A stretch of DNA of 64,000 nucleotides from Gnetum montanum (Eukaryota; Plantae; Gnetophyta): NCBI GenBank assembly GCA_015680685.1, contig MNCI01002686.1:1-64000 (forward strand). Reading direction: 5' to 3'. Of this stretch, positions 24,648 through 37,050 are shown one piece after another; the first letter of the stretch is position 1; each line of letters opens with the position of its first letter. The notes under the pieces are model-generated. The model had not been told where the DNA came from, searched no databases, and saw only the letters and a list, made by a program, of their open reading frames with translations. The translations under genes were made by a program, and so were the position numbers.

Positions 24648-24865
24648 CATCATCATCATTATCATTCTAGCTTTGTCCCAACAAAATAGGGTCAACTACA
24701 TGAGTTCTTTTTTTACCATTCACCTCTATGAAGAGCTAGGTCTTTGTTTATTTATAGTTTCTTGAAATCATCTTTGATTGTTTTTTACTTTGAAAAATAA
24801 CTTATCCATGAGATTTGATAAGGTTTTATAGCTAGTTGTTGACCTGATGCTAACCCTCCTCCTTA
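24648..24865 (-). mobile_element. Short RTE-derived non-autonomous element, copy 1
   Basis: Minus strand reads AAGGAGGAGGGTT, then an RTE C-terminus-like KDLALHRGEW*KRTHVVDP, then GTTGGGACAAAGCT and a (GAT)n tail. Confidence 0.72.
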
Positions 24866-24898
24866 AGAATAAATATGTAGATAGTGCGCTACAAATAG

Positions 24899-25190
24899 CA
24901 TCATCATCATCATCATCCTAGCCTTGTCCCAACAAAATGGAGTTGGCTACATGAGTTCCTTTTTGTCATTTATCTCTATGAAAAGCTAGATCTTTTTTTA
25001 TTTGTAGTTTCTTCAAATCATCTTTGATCATTTTTTCCTCCAAAAAAGAACTCATCCTTGAGATTTAACAAAGTTTTACAACTAGATACTAACCTAATGC
25101 TAACCCCCTTCCTTTCATATTAGGGCTTAGGACCAACATTTGTGGAGTTTGATTGACATATAAGTCAAAAACACTTGGAGAAATACCAAA
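24899..25190 (-). mobile_element. Short RTE-derived non-autonomous element, copy 2
   Basis: Diverged direct repeat of copy 1; also carries GGTCCTAAGCCC...AAAGGAAGGGG (RTE 5'UTR-like); (GAT)n tail. Confidence 0.72.
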
Positions 25191-28100
25191 CTTAAAAATT
25201 TCTTGTGAATTACAATGATCAAGACTCCAAAACCAAATCTTAATGATGTCCTCTCCTTAATATTTCTTAGGGCTTTTTAGAAATTATGCATGAAAAAAAG
25301 CACCGAACTATACTTAATGTTCCATAAATGAACATAATACAAATTCTTAAGAATGATTTATTGAATTGTTGTTCTATGATCTAAGTAGTTAATTGAATTG
25401 TTGTATACTTTGCACATTGAGCTAATTGGCTGTATGAAAGCATCAACATTCAAATAGCTACTTTATTGTCCTAGAACTTCTAATGTGACATAAAAGCTTG
25501 GGCAAGCAAGTTCTTGTTCACACCACGCATCTTTACAAAAGGTAAATATACATTCTTATCTTTGAATACATCGCAAATGACCTCTCATTAATGGCTACAT
25601 GCATAGACTTACCTTCATGAAAAATTTCAATCACATCATTATTGTATGACTAAATGGTTTGAAGCATGTTCTTATTTGAAATTACTTACAAAGTAAGAAG
25701 ACTAATCATCATATAACCTTCCATTCTAGTTATGGAAAGCTATTTTTGAACTTCTAGATCCATCAGTAATTCAAAATAATTGGTACTAAAAGTTAGAGCA
25801 CAATTCATTTTAAATTTTCCTCTTAATGGATTCATAGGAGGACACACAAATGATTTTTTTCAAATAGGATAGTTATAAATCGAGTCTTTGACATTGACTA
25901 TGAAATTATAGATGTAATATTATAGCTTAACATATGATGTGGTAGGCCATAGTCATATGTATAAATACAAACCCACCATCATCTCAAATCTCACCTTTGG
26001 TCAACACTTAGGGAAACTCTTGCAGTTTATTTTCATAAAGTTAGAGTTAGTTGTGAATGCTCGTAGTGTAATGATTAATAGTTATACAACATATTTACTT
26101 GAGTGGATTGTACTTAGATGCACTCCATGACTGGAAATAAAAATGAGATTATTTTTTATTATTGCAACATCTTACTTAGATTAGATTTTCTTTTCTATGC
26201 AACTTACATTTTCAATGTCATTTACATTTTAATATTTGTTAGTTAATTGACAAAATAAGTATGATTGATTTTGACTACATAAACATAATCATTTGGTAAC
26301 TCAATAATGGCTAAGCTTAATTCACTTAATAGCTAATCATTCAATAATCCCAATAACAGTTATATTAGCTGAGGGTGTATTTGGTAGGTTGGGAACATGT
26401 ACTTACCATCATAGGTTAGATTAGCTTTATCTTTTCATTGTACTTAGTTAATAGGAATTATATTCATTCTAATATGTTTACTTTCAGCATATTAAGAGTC
26501 ATACAACATCATATAATCATGTACCTCACTTAGAGTTAAATCATATGTTTTGAACATTACTAACTCTAGTGAGAAGACAATAATCATGAACTTATTAGTA
26601 TACTTACATTGTCCCATCTATGGATTATGATTTGGTCATACATGTGTACTTGTGACTTGTATGGTTAAGTGTGGGGAACTCTCATTACTCATCATTGATG
26701 TCATTGATGATGTCAATGTTTACTAGTTAGTTGATTTTATCATAGTACATTGTTTTAAGTATTTTCAAGTTTATCTTTTGACACTTATAATAATTTCTAA
26801 AATATACACTTAAGCATTAACTAATTCAAAATCGCTTCTACACACAAAGTAAAATATCCACCTACTATTAACCTTAATGAAAGCAATGACAAAAACTATA
26901 ATGAAGAAAATTAAAGTGAATCTATGCAAACCAAAATATTATATACTTATGTTGATTCATATTACCCTAATTTTACAATTATTTTTCATCAAGATGAATA
27001 GCTTAGATCAAGAGACTTATAAGGCAATGTTGTCCTGCCACCAAATCATTCAACACTATCTACACTTTAAGCATGCCTACTTAGATTAGGTCTTGGCCAT
27101 GTACAGGAAGGATACCAAGTCACAAAGAATATGACAAGGTCATACTAACCAATAAAGGCTCAAGTTAGAAGAGATCTTATCATAGAAGTAAGATATGAAT
27201 AAGAAAAAGGCAAAAAGGACATCATAGATAATCATCCTTATAGAAAAGGAAGATACACCATACAAGATTAAGAAGTCTCATCATTACCATAAACCTAACT
27301 CTAGATCACATGCTCCATACACTAAAGATCCTGTGTAGTAAAAAATGCTCTTATTACTTACAACAAATCTTGAAAGGGATGAGGTAGACTCTAGGCTTAG
27401 AAGGAACCCAAGGCATAGAACCTCTAGTAGATCCAAAAAAGATGAATTAAGGGATCATATAATGAGAGCTAGCTAACATTACTCTTTAAGTCCTCCATCC
27501 TCTTCATTACACTTGTCAGTAGATTTTGATAGGGAAGGAAAAAGATAAAGGAACAATGATAGGAAAAGAAGAAGAAATTTTTACAAACATGTAGATAGAA
27601 GAAGGCATCATGATAAGGAAGAAAATGATAAACAAGAAAGGGAAAGAGAACTAAGGCATGGGAGAAGAGAACACCATAAGCCATAGCGAAGTCACTACTA
27701 TAATAGAGACTACAAATCCAAAGACTATGAATAACCCGTGTTAGCCACAAGAAGCATGATCAACATAAGAGAAGTAGTGTACATTCTGAGTAGATATCTA
27801 AGGGATAATTGCATCAAAAGTTGAAATGAATAACATTCCAAAATTTGAAGGGGGATACAATATGGATCCGTAACATTATCTTTAAGCTCTATGATGCCTA
27901 TGCCCTATAGAACATAGAGAATAATTGGAAGAAGTTAAAGTTATTTCCAAGGATATTTACTAAGGAGGTAGAGAGTTCGTACAGGTCCTTAGAATCAGAA
28001 TCAATCAAAAAGATGAAGTACCATGCTAAAACTATTCAATGCTAAGCACCAAACTTATTCATGAGTATTAAACATAAGAAAAAAAATTCAAGGATGGAAG

Positions 28101-29218
28101 CAAGGGATACATATATCACTTGATGTGGCTATGGGCGAGTATTACTTACTTTTACACTAAAGCTTAGGCCATATATTTTTTCAAAGGAAAATTGAGGCAT
28201 ATCATTGATGGATTAAGGAACAAAAATAGAGAAATCCTTAGTGTATATGCCCAAGGAAGATTATCAGAAATGATAGTTCATTACATAAAAAGATTACTAG
28301 ATTTGATGGTAAAAGAAGAAGGAGAGAAGAGAAAAAGAGTAAGTTAAAGAATATAACCAAGATCCTTCTCTAAGACATAGAGATGTGAAAGTTTGTGAAA
28401 ATTAAGATAAGGAAACCATGGAAGATATGATTTAGAGAAAGACTTTACCTATATAAAAATTAGTTAATGACATTGTAACTAGAGTATAGAAGAGGTGGAA
28501 TTCTATAGATAAAAATTTTGCAACAACAATAAAAATAGTAGAAGAGAAAATAAAGGAAGCATTTTCTAAAGTAAAGAAAAGAAGAAAAATAAAGATAATA
28601 GGAATGAAAAGTACAAGTGTAAAGGAAAGGTAGTTGTTGTAGAGGAAGTTATAAATTCTAGTTCTAAAGAAGAAAATGGATATGATGTGTGTTAATATGA
28701 ACATCCCAAGGGATGTCCTATCATGACACATATACAAGAAGCTAGGGCATATGTATTGAACCAAAATTTTGTTAAAAAATGCCAACAAGATTACCTTACT
28801 ATAGGATTTTTATTTAAGATCATTGTGGTTCCTTTTCAAGCAGCTGTAGGATGGCTACCTCTTAGTGGGGCTTATCCTCAACCTTAGGAGTAATATCATC
28901 ATTATTTTCAATAACCACAATCATGGGAGATGCTACTAATAAGGCAAAAATATCCTTATAGATAGGTAGGTCCATATGGTTATTACATTCAACAACTTGT
29001 ATCTCCAGGTTATACTTCAATTTATGCTTCTTCTCACTACTACCTAATATAATACCACATGCCTACAACTCCACAAGCTAGATCACCATCATACATGTCA
29101 TATCTAGCTGCATCTCATGCTCATTAAGCTCATAATTCATTACCTCTAGTACCATCACTAGCAATGCAATGAGAATTGTTAACTTAACCACAATAGAAAA
29201 ATGCAACAAGGGTAGTAA

Positions 29219-30168
29219 GTGCTAGAGTAGGTTCACTCTAGTATTAAATCATCTTCCAACACTAAATCTAGATATTATAAAAAGATAATTAATTTACTAG
29301 AATACAAGAAAACTAGCTATCTTTAATTGTTCAAGAAAATATTTTATTAGGGTTAAAATCATAAAACATACAAAACCTCTTAAAACACTTAAATGGTGCT
29401 ACAAAGCACAGGGATCTACAACCACACAATGATTGTTCTTAATGCAAAACACAAATGGTGGAGAATCTTTTTCATAACCTAGGATTGAGATTTAAACTCA
29501 TAAGCAAGACTAGAACACACCAGCCAACACATAACATAATTGACCATAGAGTTGCAACACCTATGCACTCACTCAATGTGCTCTCTCTACTTTTGCCCAA
29601 GCTTACATATGAACTTACATGAAATTTCATCTCTCCATGGTATAAGGATGAAACACAAATCATATTTATCAATAAAACAATACAAAAACCCTAAGAAGCC
29701 TTCCTCAAGCTTAACTTGGAGTTTCCACGCTATTCTTATCTTTTTCCACCTTCTCTTAACTATTTCCTAAATTGGAATGGGAACTTTTGAAAGTCTTCCA
29801 ACTGTATCGGTCATCTCTAACCTACTCTGGTCATCTTCCTATAAATTACAACTTTCAAAAGAGATGTTTCTTCAGTGTGGAAGATGTCTCCCTCATCAGT
29901 GAGATGTCTCCTCCTAGTTGAGATGTCTCCTTTCCAATGAAAGACATCTCTCCAGAGTGGAGATGTCTTCTATTTAATGAGAGACATCTTCTCTAAAGAC
30001 TTATTTTTTGATAGAGATGTCTCTTACATGTCCTATATGTATCTTGTGAAGTCCTAGCTCCCAAACAAGATGACTCTTTGACCTCTAAGGCATCTCCTCA
30101 AAGCTAGAAACCTACAAAAACCACATGTAAGGAAGAATAAGGGGGTCAAAAGTGGTGTCCCTACATCA
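29219..30168 (-). mobile_element. Solo LTR of the chromovirus-type family, inserted in Athila gag
   Basis: Reverse complement of LTRs 39355-40265 and 45911-46840; TGATGTAGGG start; AGACATCT/AGATGTCT repeats; probable TSD AGTAA/AGTAC. Confidence 0.8.
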
Positions 30169-31082
30169 AGTACAAAATGAGAGGATAAAACTAGCATTTG
30201 TGAATTAAAATTAAAGAAATATCCTTCTTTAGGACAAGTCCAAAAAAATGTTGGTAGGATAAGAACTTCATCCAAAATTGTTCTTGAGATGATAAGTCCT
30301 TGGATAAAAACCATGCTTTAATCAAAAGAAAAGAAGAATCTCATAACTATCATGCTTACTCAAATAATAAGCCACTAGATTAAAGCAAGTGCACTTTCTA
30401 AGAAGAGAACTAGTCCATGAAGTCATTTAATCTACCTCCAAATAGTAGGAAACACACCATGTAAGTTTCTCTTAGATTCAAGCTTGGGAGTAAATCTAAT
30501 TTCTCAAGATATGTACAGAGTGTGGAATCTACCCCCATTAAAGAATTATTATATCAAACTTGAGGTTGTAGACCAGTTGATTGTTGTTTCACTTGAACAA
30601 GTGGAAGATGTTGTAACTATCATTAGTGGTTGATCCTATCCTATAGATTTCTTAGTCATTCAAGTTGGACAAAATAAAGGAGAGTTTCCTATTATCATGG
30701 AAAAGACATGGCTTAGCACCATTAATGTTAAGATAGGAATAAGAGATTTGTCCTTGAAAATTTCTAAGGAAGATGAAAGAGAATTTATATAGAAGCAAAG
30801 AGCATACATTGCATATAATAATACAAGAAAGTATGGACTACCAGGAAGGGTTACATGATAGCATACAAAAGTTGTATTAAAGATGTGTGTGTTTAACATT
30901 GCATGTATGCGATAGCCATTAAATAAGAAGGTACATAGTGGTTGATTGATGAGATAGAATCAAGATCAAATACATGCATGGAACTAGTTAAAAAAATTAT
31001 AAGAGCCCATGTTAAAAAAATAGATAAGATGGAATAACTAACAAAACTTTTCCATATCAAGTTTTAGCAAGAAGATGCTATT

Positions 31083-34000
31083 TGTTGGCACATTTGGCCA
31101 TTTCATGAAGCAGGCTTAAATTAGTTGAGAATTTTTGGAGAAGTAGCTAAATTTTCAGTTTGAAAGGAAAAGAATAAGTGAACAAAAGGCATTCCTTTAA
31201 TTTAAAAAAAAATATTGGAGCACCAAGCCCTGCTGATAAGTACAGAATCACCAATGTGTTGTTCTACCTTTATAATTTATTATGATCCACTGGGATTTAT
31301 GGATGAATAGCCTGATAATTGCAAGTTCAGCAGTCTGGTGCAGGGTGAAGTTATTTCTCCTATGAAATTCAGGAATATATTGTTTAAAATTTCATGGCTA
31401 AGCATGATATTTTTCTCTGTAATAAAAAGGAAAAAGTGGAATTCCGCAAAACGCAGGAGGTGCTCTGCATTATTGCAAGGGACCATGGTATGTGAACCAA
31501 ATTTCACGGTACCAATCAAAACTGAGTATAGCAATCCATTATTCCATGGCACAATTCCAAATAATATGCACCTTGCAAAAAGAAACATTCATGTAAAAAG
31601 GCAGAAACAGGATTATTCAAGGGTTGCGCCAGCGCTTCGTCACTGGAATTCCAAATCTCTGCGACCATTTCTGCCTTGTAAAATATTAGAAAATAAAAAT
31701 AAAAATCTGCAGCGATGAGAGCAAGAGGGGGCCTCCAAAACGGCACTGTGTACAGGAAATTCGGCAACAAAAAATGAAATGCCTGCACAACAACAAAAAT
31801 AGAGCCAAAGCCGATAGCATCTCTATAAGAATTATCATCCTAGCATCATATAAATATTTTTCTAACTATTTTTTTGAAGTATGCCGGGCAATGGGCCAAC
31901 GGCCAACGCTACATGGCACCGTTAGTGTAGGAAAACCGTTCAAAACAAGAAGCGATAATTTGCAGGGTGTGAAGCAGATGCGTAGCAAGGTTGAGAAGGG
32001 AGCCTCTTTAGATTCTCTTATCGCGCGCTTTGTGTCATGGAAACGCGGATCATTATTTATTCTGGGGCACTCTCAGAAACAGCACTGGTGTGGAGACCTA
32101 CGATGATGGCAGCCGCTTTGTGGGCAAGTTTAAGATAGGAACAACTAGCAGAATCAGTGCGGCTGATTAAATGGGTAATAAAGAAAAAAAATAGCATTGC
32201 AACTACGACGACCATTTCATGGGAACGCTGGCTTCGTGCCCATGCCAACTCCTGCGGTTGCAATTTCAGCAGAGCCATTGCTGGAGACTGAGATGGCACT
32301 TCACAACCGTTGCCGATAACGACGATTATGGTGGTGGCAGTTCATGGCCGTTACAGCCAAACGGAAAGACGACGAAATAGGAAGAGGTTTAGCAATAGCC
32401 ACAGCCACAAGACAGGTCGTTTCTAAGCTGAACATGGACATAAACGTGGACATTGATATTGCCGATATTTCATGCGCTTTTCCTTCCTCCAAACCTTTTT
32501 AATCAAATTTAATTTGATTTTCATTTTGCTTTGTTTAAGAAAGAAGTAAAGGGTATATTGTTATTATTGCAAAAGGAAAGAGAAGTTATAAGGTGGTTAT
32601 TCAATATTGTATGTATGGAACAAGTGTCCTTTGCAATTTCTAAATATCATGGTGGTGATAACTTCCCCTTGGTGGTTAAAACTAAATTTTAATTTCCCAT
32701 GGTACTTATAACCTCCAAATAATCCACTTGTCAACTAAATGGGACACGTGTCAACTGCAACTTGTTTCTCTCCATGGTGGACACTTGTTTACTGAATGAA
32801 GACACTTGGCAACACTTGGCAATTGAATAGGACACTTGTCCATTGTAGCTTTTTTGTCTCTATGGTGGTTAAACCACCCAAGATATTTTGTAACTTCCCT
32901 TCCTACCTTCGAACCCTATAAAAAGGCTTCAGGGGTCAAGGAGGAGGGGGGGATTGGGGTCTCATACATCACACTTTTGAGAAGACATTGGGATCACACT
33001 TGGGCTCTCACTTGGAGACACACTTTGGGTCTTGGGAGAAGAGCATTTGTAAAGAAGAAAGTGTGAACGATTGCTTGTAAGATGGCTTGCTAAATAAAGA
33101 TTTCAGCCTCTTTGTCATAGTCATATGATTTATGTTTTATTTTTATTTTATTTAAATTGTTTAGCTAGTGGTTTAGATAGTATCATCCTTGGCAAGTAAT
33201 TTTTGGATTTTTAGATTGCTCTTAATGTTCTTGTTGCCTATAGAAATTTCTATTAAAATTTTGCCATAGAAGCGCTTGTGTTTAAAAGCCTTAAGAGCAT
33301 TTTAGTAGTAAATTTTGTTATTGTGCAATGTGTGGGAACTGCTATTGGGATTGTTGTAAGAGAGCCTCTGCTTGTAGTCATGCCGTTGAACAATTCAGTA
33401 GTCGAGAGGGTTCAGAAAATCTTTGGTATTTTGATGGGACCAGAATAGCTTCTTTTTATTTTTAAAGTGAATTTCCGTGGTATTTCAATCAGACATTGTC
33501 AAGTCTTTTGAAGGTTCTATTGAATGCAATCGTTGACATCTATTATCTAGCCAAATTGAAGTCTCGTACATGGTAGTTTACGCAGCAATTTTTGGTAGCA
33601 TAGTAGGATTGTCTTGAAGAAATTGCTTATTTAGCCTTGGAAGTTTGAACAATTTGTAGATATTGAATTTGGAATAGCTTTATTGCGAAGTGTTTACTCG
33701 TGTCATTTTACCTTGTTTAAATATTTGAGGTCTACACAAATCGGCTTTTCTTTCTTTTCTATCTATTTCCATCGAATCTTGCTCTATTTCTAGTTTTCTT
33801 GTGGAACTACCTCTTTCTCTAGGGAAAATTAGGAGTAGATTTGTAGAGTTGTGCTCAAATGTTTAAATAAAATTTTATTTGTTACAAGTAGGTATTATAA
33901 GGACCGCATAGACTAGGCAGTTGAACAAAATAGGAAACTTTCAACAACTCACAGTACTTGGCAAAGTTGGCTGAATCTCTTTAAAGTAAGTCATTTGTAG

Positions 34001-34184
34001 TTTACACACAACGTAATCGTTACATTTCACACAATCGCACGCCGCAACAGCACACACACATACTCACATTAACTACTGAGTTTATTTGACGGTATCTGGG
34101 CCTTGGTGTTTCTAGAGACCAGTAGGCACCTAAATCCTGTTCGAGGACACTCGTTGGCAGTCACGTCCCAAACGGTCGCCAACA
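31083..34184 (+). mobile_element. Giant (3.1 kb) solo LTR, copy 1, with mosaic U3
   Basis: TGTTGGC...GCCAACA termini; perfect TSD CTATT (31078-31082, 34185-34189); TATA CTATAAAAAGG at ~32916; 3' 1.3 kb shared with 41384-43835; inserted between Athila PR and RT. Confidence 0.88.
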
Positions 34185-34189
34185 CTATT

Positions 34190-37050
34190 GAATGGGGAGA
34201 ACTAGAAATTCTTGATGAACTAGAATCCTTAAAACTTAAAAAATTACTAAGTATGATGGAATACGTTTTTCTAAATAATGAGAAACCAATAATTATCAAT
34301 GATAATCTTAATGAAAAATAGAAACAAAGATTATATAAGGTTATAAACAAATGGTCAACAACTTTTGCATAAGGTTATAATGAGATAACTAGCATAGATC
34401 CATGTATTTGCTAACACTAGATCTATAAAGATTTAGTAGTTAAACCATGCTACCCACCTTGATGAATATTGAATTAGAAACTTAAGAAAATAGTCAAACA
34501 AGAGTTGGAGAAATTAATCAAAGCTAGATTCATCTATCTAATAGTGGATAGTGAATGGGTAAGCCCATTAGTCATTATTTCTAAGAAGGGTAATAAGCAC
34601 ATGGTTTGTATTGATTTAGTATTACTCAATGTGGCAACATTTAAAGATAATTTTTGTTTATTGTTTGTTGACAAGTCATAGATTCCATTTCATGGCATCA
34701 ATATTATATTTTTCCGGATGGATACAATAGATATAATTAGATTCATAGTGCACCAGAGGACTTGGAGAAGACTACATTTACTAGCTTATGGGAAACATTT
34801 GTGTATAGGTAAATGTCATTCGAGTTATGCAATGTTCTTGTAACATTTCAAAAACTTATCCTTAGTATTTTTCAAAAGTAAATTGGTAATGAAGTTGAAG
34901 TATTTATAGATGATTTTTCTATATATGGACCTAACTTAGAGCAAGCTTTGGATCGATTAGAGGAGGTTTTAAAAAGATGTGTAGAAATAAATTTGAATCT
35001 TAATAAGTAAAAGAGCCATTTAATGGTTCAAGAAGAAATAGTTCTAGAACATAAAGTATTGCAAAAATGAATTAAGATAGATCCTAATAAAATAAGAGTC
35101 ATTTGGAGCATCACCTAGAGACCACAAATAGTTGGATCATTTCTTGACCATATAAGGTGTTATAGAAGATTCATTAAAAAATTTTTAAAGATGGCAAAAC
35201 CACTTGTTGAACTAAATGAAGAATGATGCATCATTTGTTTAGTTAAAAGAGTGTAAAAAGGCATTTGAGAGTCTAAGATAGAAATTAATCAAAACTCCAA
35301 TCCTTAGGATTCTAGATCCATCACAAATTTTTTACATTATTATGGATGCTTCTAATTGTGTGCTAGGGGAAGTACTTACTTAATTAGAGGATTAGAAAAG
35401 ATCTTATTACATTCACTACAATAGCTGTAGCATCACTAAAGAATAGCTTAGCTACATCACTATAGAAAAGAAGCTCATAGCTATGATATATGCACTAGAG
35501 AAGTTCAAACATTATGTGCTTGGTTCTAGTCTACATGCAAATTGACCATAATGTAACTAGATTTTTTATGAAAAAAATAGTAGCTAGCCTAAAAGTAATA
35601 AGATGACTCATGATATTATGAGAATTTCACATCACCATGATTGACAAAAAAGAGAAAAAGAATGTAGTAACTAATCATTTGTCAAGGTTATGTTGGGACC
35701 CATAAGATAATGAAGAATTTGTATTAGATCAATTTCTAGATGAATCCTTATTTACAAGATTAGAAACGATTGTAGATTTAGAAATAGAGTCTTAGATCAT
35801 ACATTATATGACCTATGTAACATTACAAGAAATCCCTACTAAATGGGATCACAAGAAGAATAAATTATTTTTCATAAAATCAAGAAATTCATGAAAATTC
35901 AAGACAACTTGTATAAGATTTGTATAGATGGATTAATTTAGTGTGTGTCCTAGAAGAAAATAAATAGAGGATCCTACAAGATGCACATGAAGGACCATGT
36001 GATGACCACTACATAGGAAGAAGGACCACTATGAAAATTTTTATGGAAAGTTATTTTTAGCCTACCAAATTCAAGGATGTACATTAATTTGCATAAACTT
36101 GTGAAAGATACCAAAGAGATGAAGGACTAAAAGCTATGCATGAGAAGTAAAAACAATAGATACAATCATTAGAATCATGTGATATATGGAGAATATATTT
36201 CATGGGATCCATTATACCAATGTTAAATAAAAATACATACATATTGTGACTGTTAATTATTACATCAAGTAAGTAGAAGCAGTTGGAGTCAAGGGTTATA
36301 TAGCAATAACAACTGCAAGGTTTTTTCAACAACATGTAGTGAATAGATTTAAAATACCTAGAATACTGATCTAAGATGATGGGATACTTTTGCCAGACCT
36401 ATATTTAAGAAATTAATGTAACACCTTGAGGTTAATCTTAAACTTACTATACCATATCATCCCTAAGTAAATGGCCAAGCTTAAGTCACTAATAGAGAAA
36501 TTACATGTATACTAACTAGAACTATTAGTAGGTATAGGAAGGATTGAAGCACTAAGGTTTATGATGTTCTATGGACACATCGATCAACTTGGAAGCTTCG
36601 TATAGGGTATTCTCTGTATGAACTTGTATATGGCAAGTTACCTACTCTACCAATTCAAGCAGAAATCAATATCCTAACCATCACCTATTCACTTAACTTA
36701 CATGTAGACTTTTCCTAAAAAGAACGGCTAATGAATCTTAAGTTGTCAAATGAAAACTGGTTAGTTATGAAAATGTGTAATGAGATTCATAAGAAGCATA
36801 CCAAGTATTACCATGATGCTAGGATTAGATAGATTTTTGTTAGACTAAGAGATAGAGTCCTATTCTATAATCCAAATCATATCACTTGAAAGACTAAGTT
36901 CCAAACCTTATGAGAAGAACCCTATACTGTTCATGCTACATATCAATCTAGCACCATGCAAATCTATCAAGTAACGAACCCCCTAAAACTTATCATTATT
37001 AATATTTAATAAGTCAAACCATTTTGCAAATTCCAACATCAAAAGGATTT
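34190..37050 (+). pseudogene. pol (RT-RNaseH-integrase) pseudogene
   Basis: Gypsy domain order; many TAA/TAG/TGA stops and frameshifts. Confidence 0.85.

Noticed and set aside
25300-25900. Coding-like minus-strand stretch, possibly a DNA transposon remnant
   Set aside because: No recognisable transposase motif, TIR or TSD.
29860-30025. Regularly spaced GAGATGTCTC repeats (also ~39430-39605, 46005-46215), superficially CRISPR-like
   Set aside because: Short degenerate ~20-bp-period U3 repeats of a gypsy LTR in a eukaryote; no cas genes and no unique spacers of consistent length.
31280-32492. Several overlapping 60-126 aa ORFs in the giant LTR U3 (also 41838-42565) as real genes
   Set aside because: They overlap on both strands, show no full-length similarity to any family I recognise, and are explained by higher GC content; only short motifs are informative.
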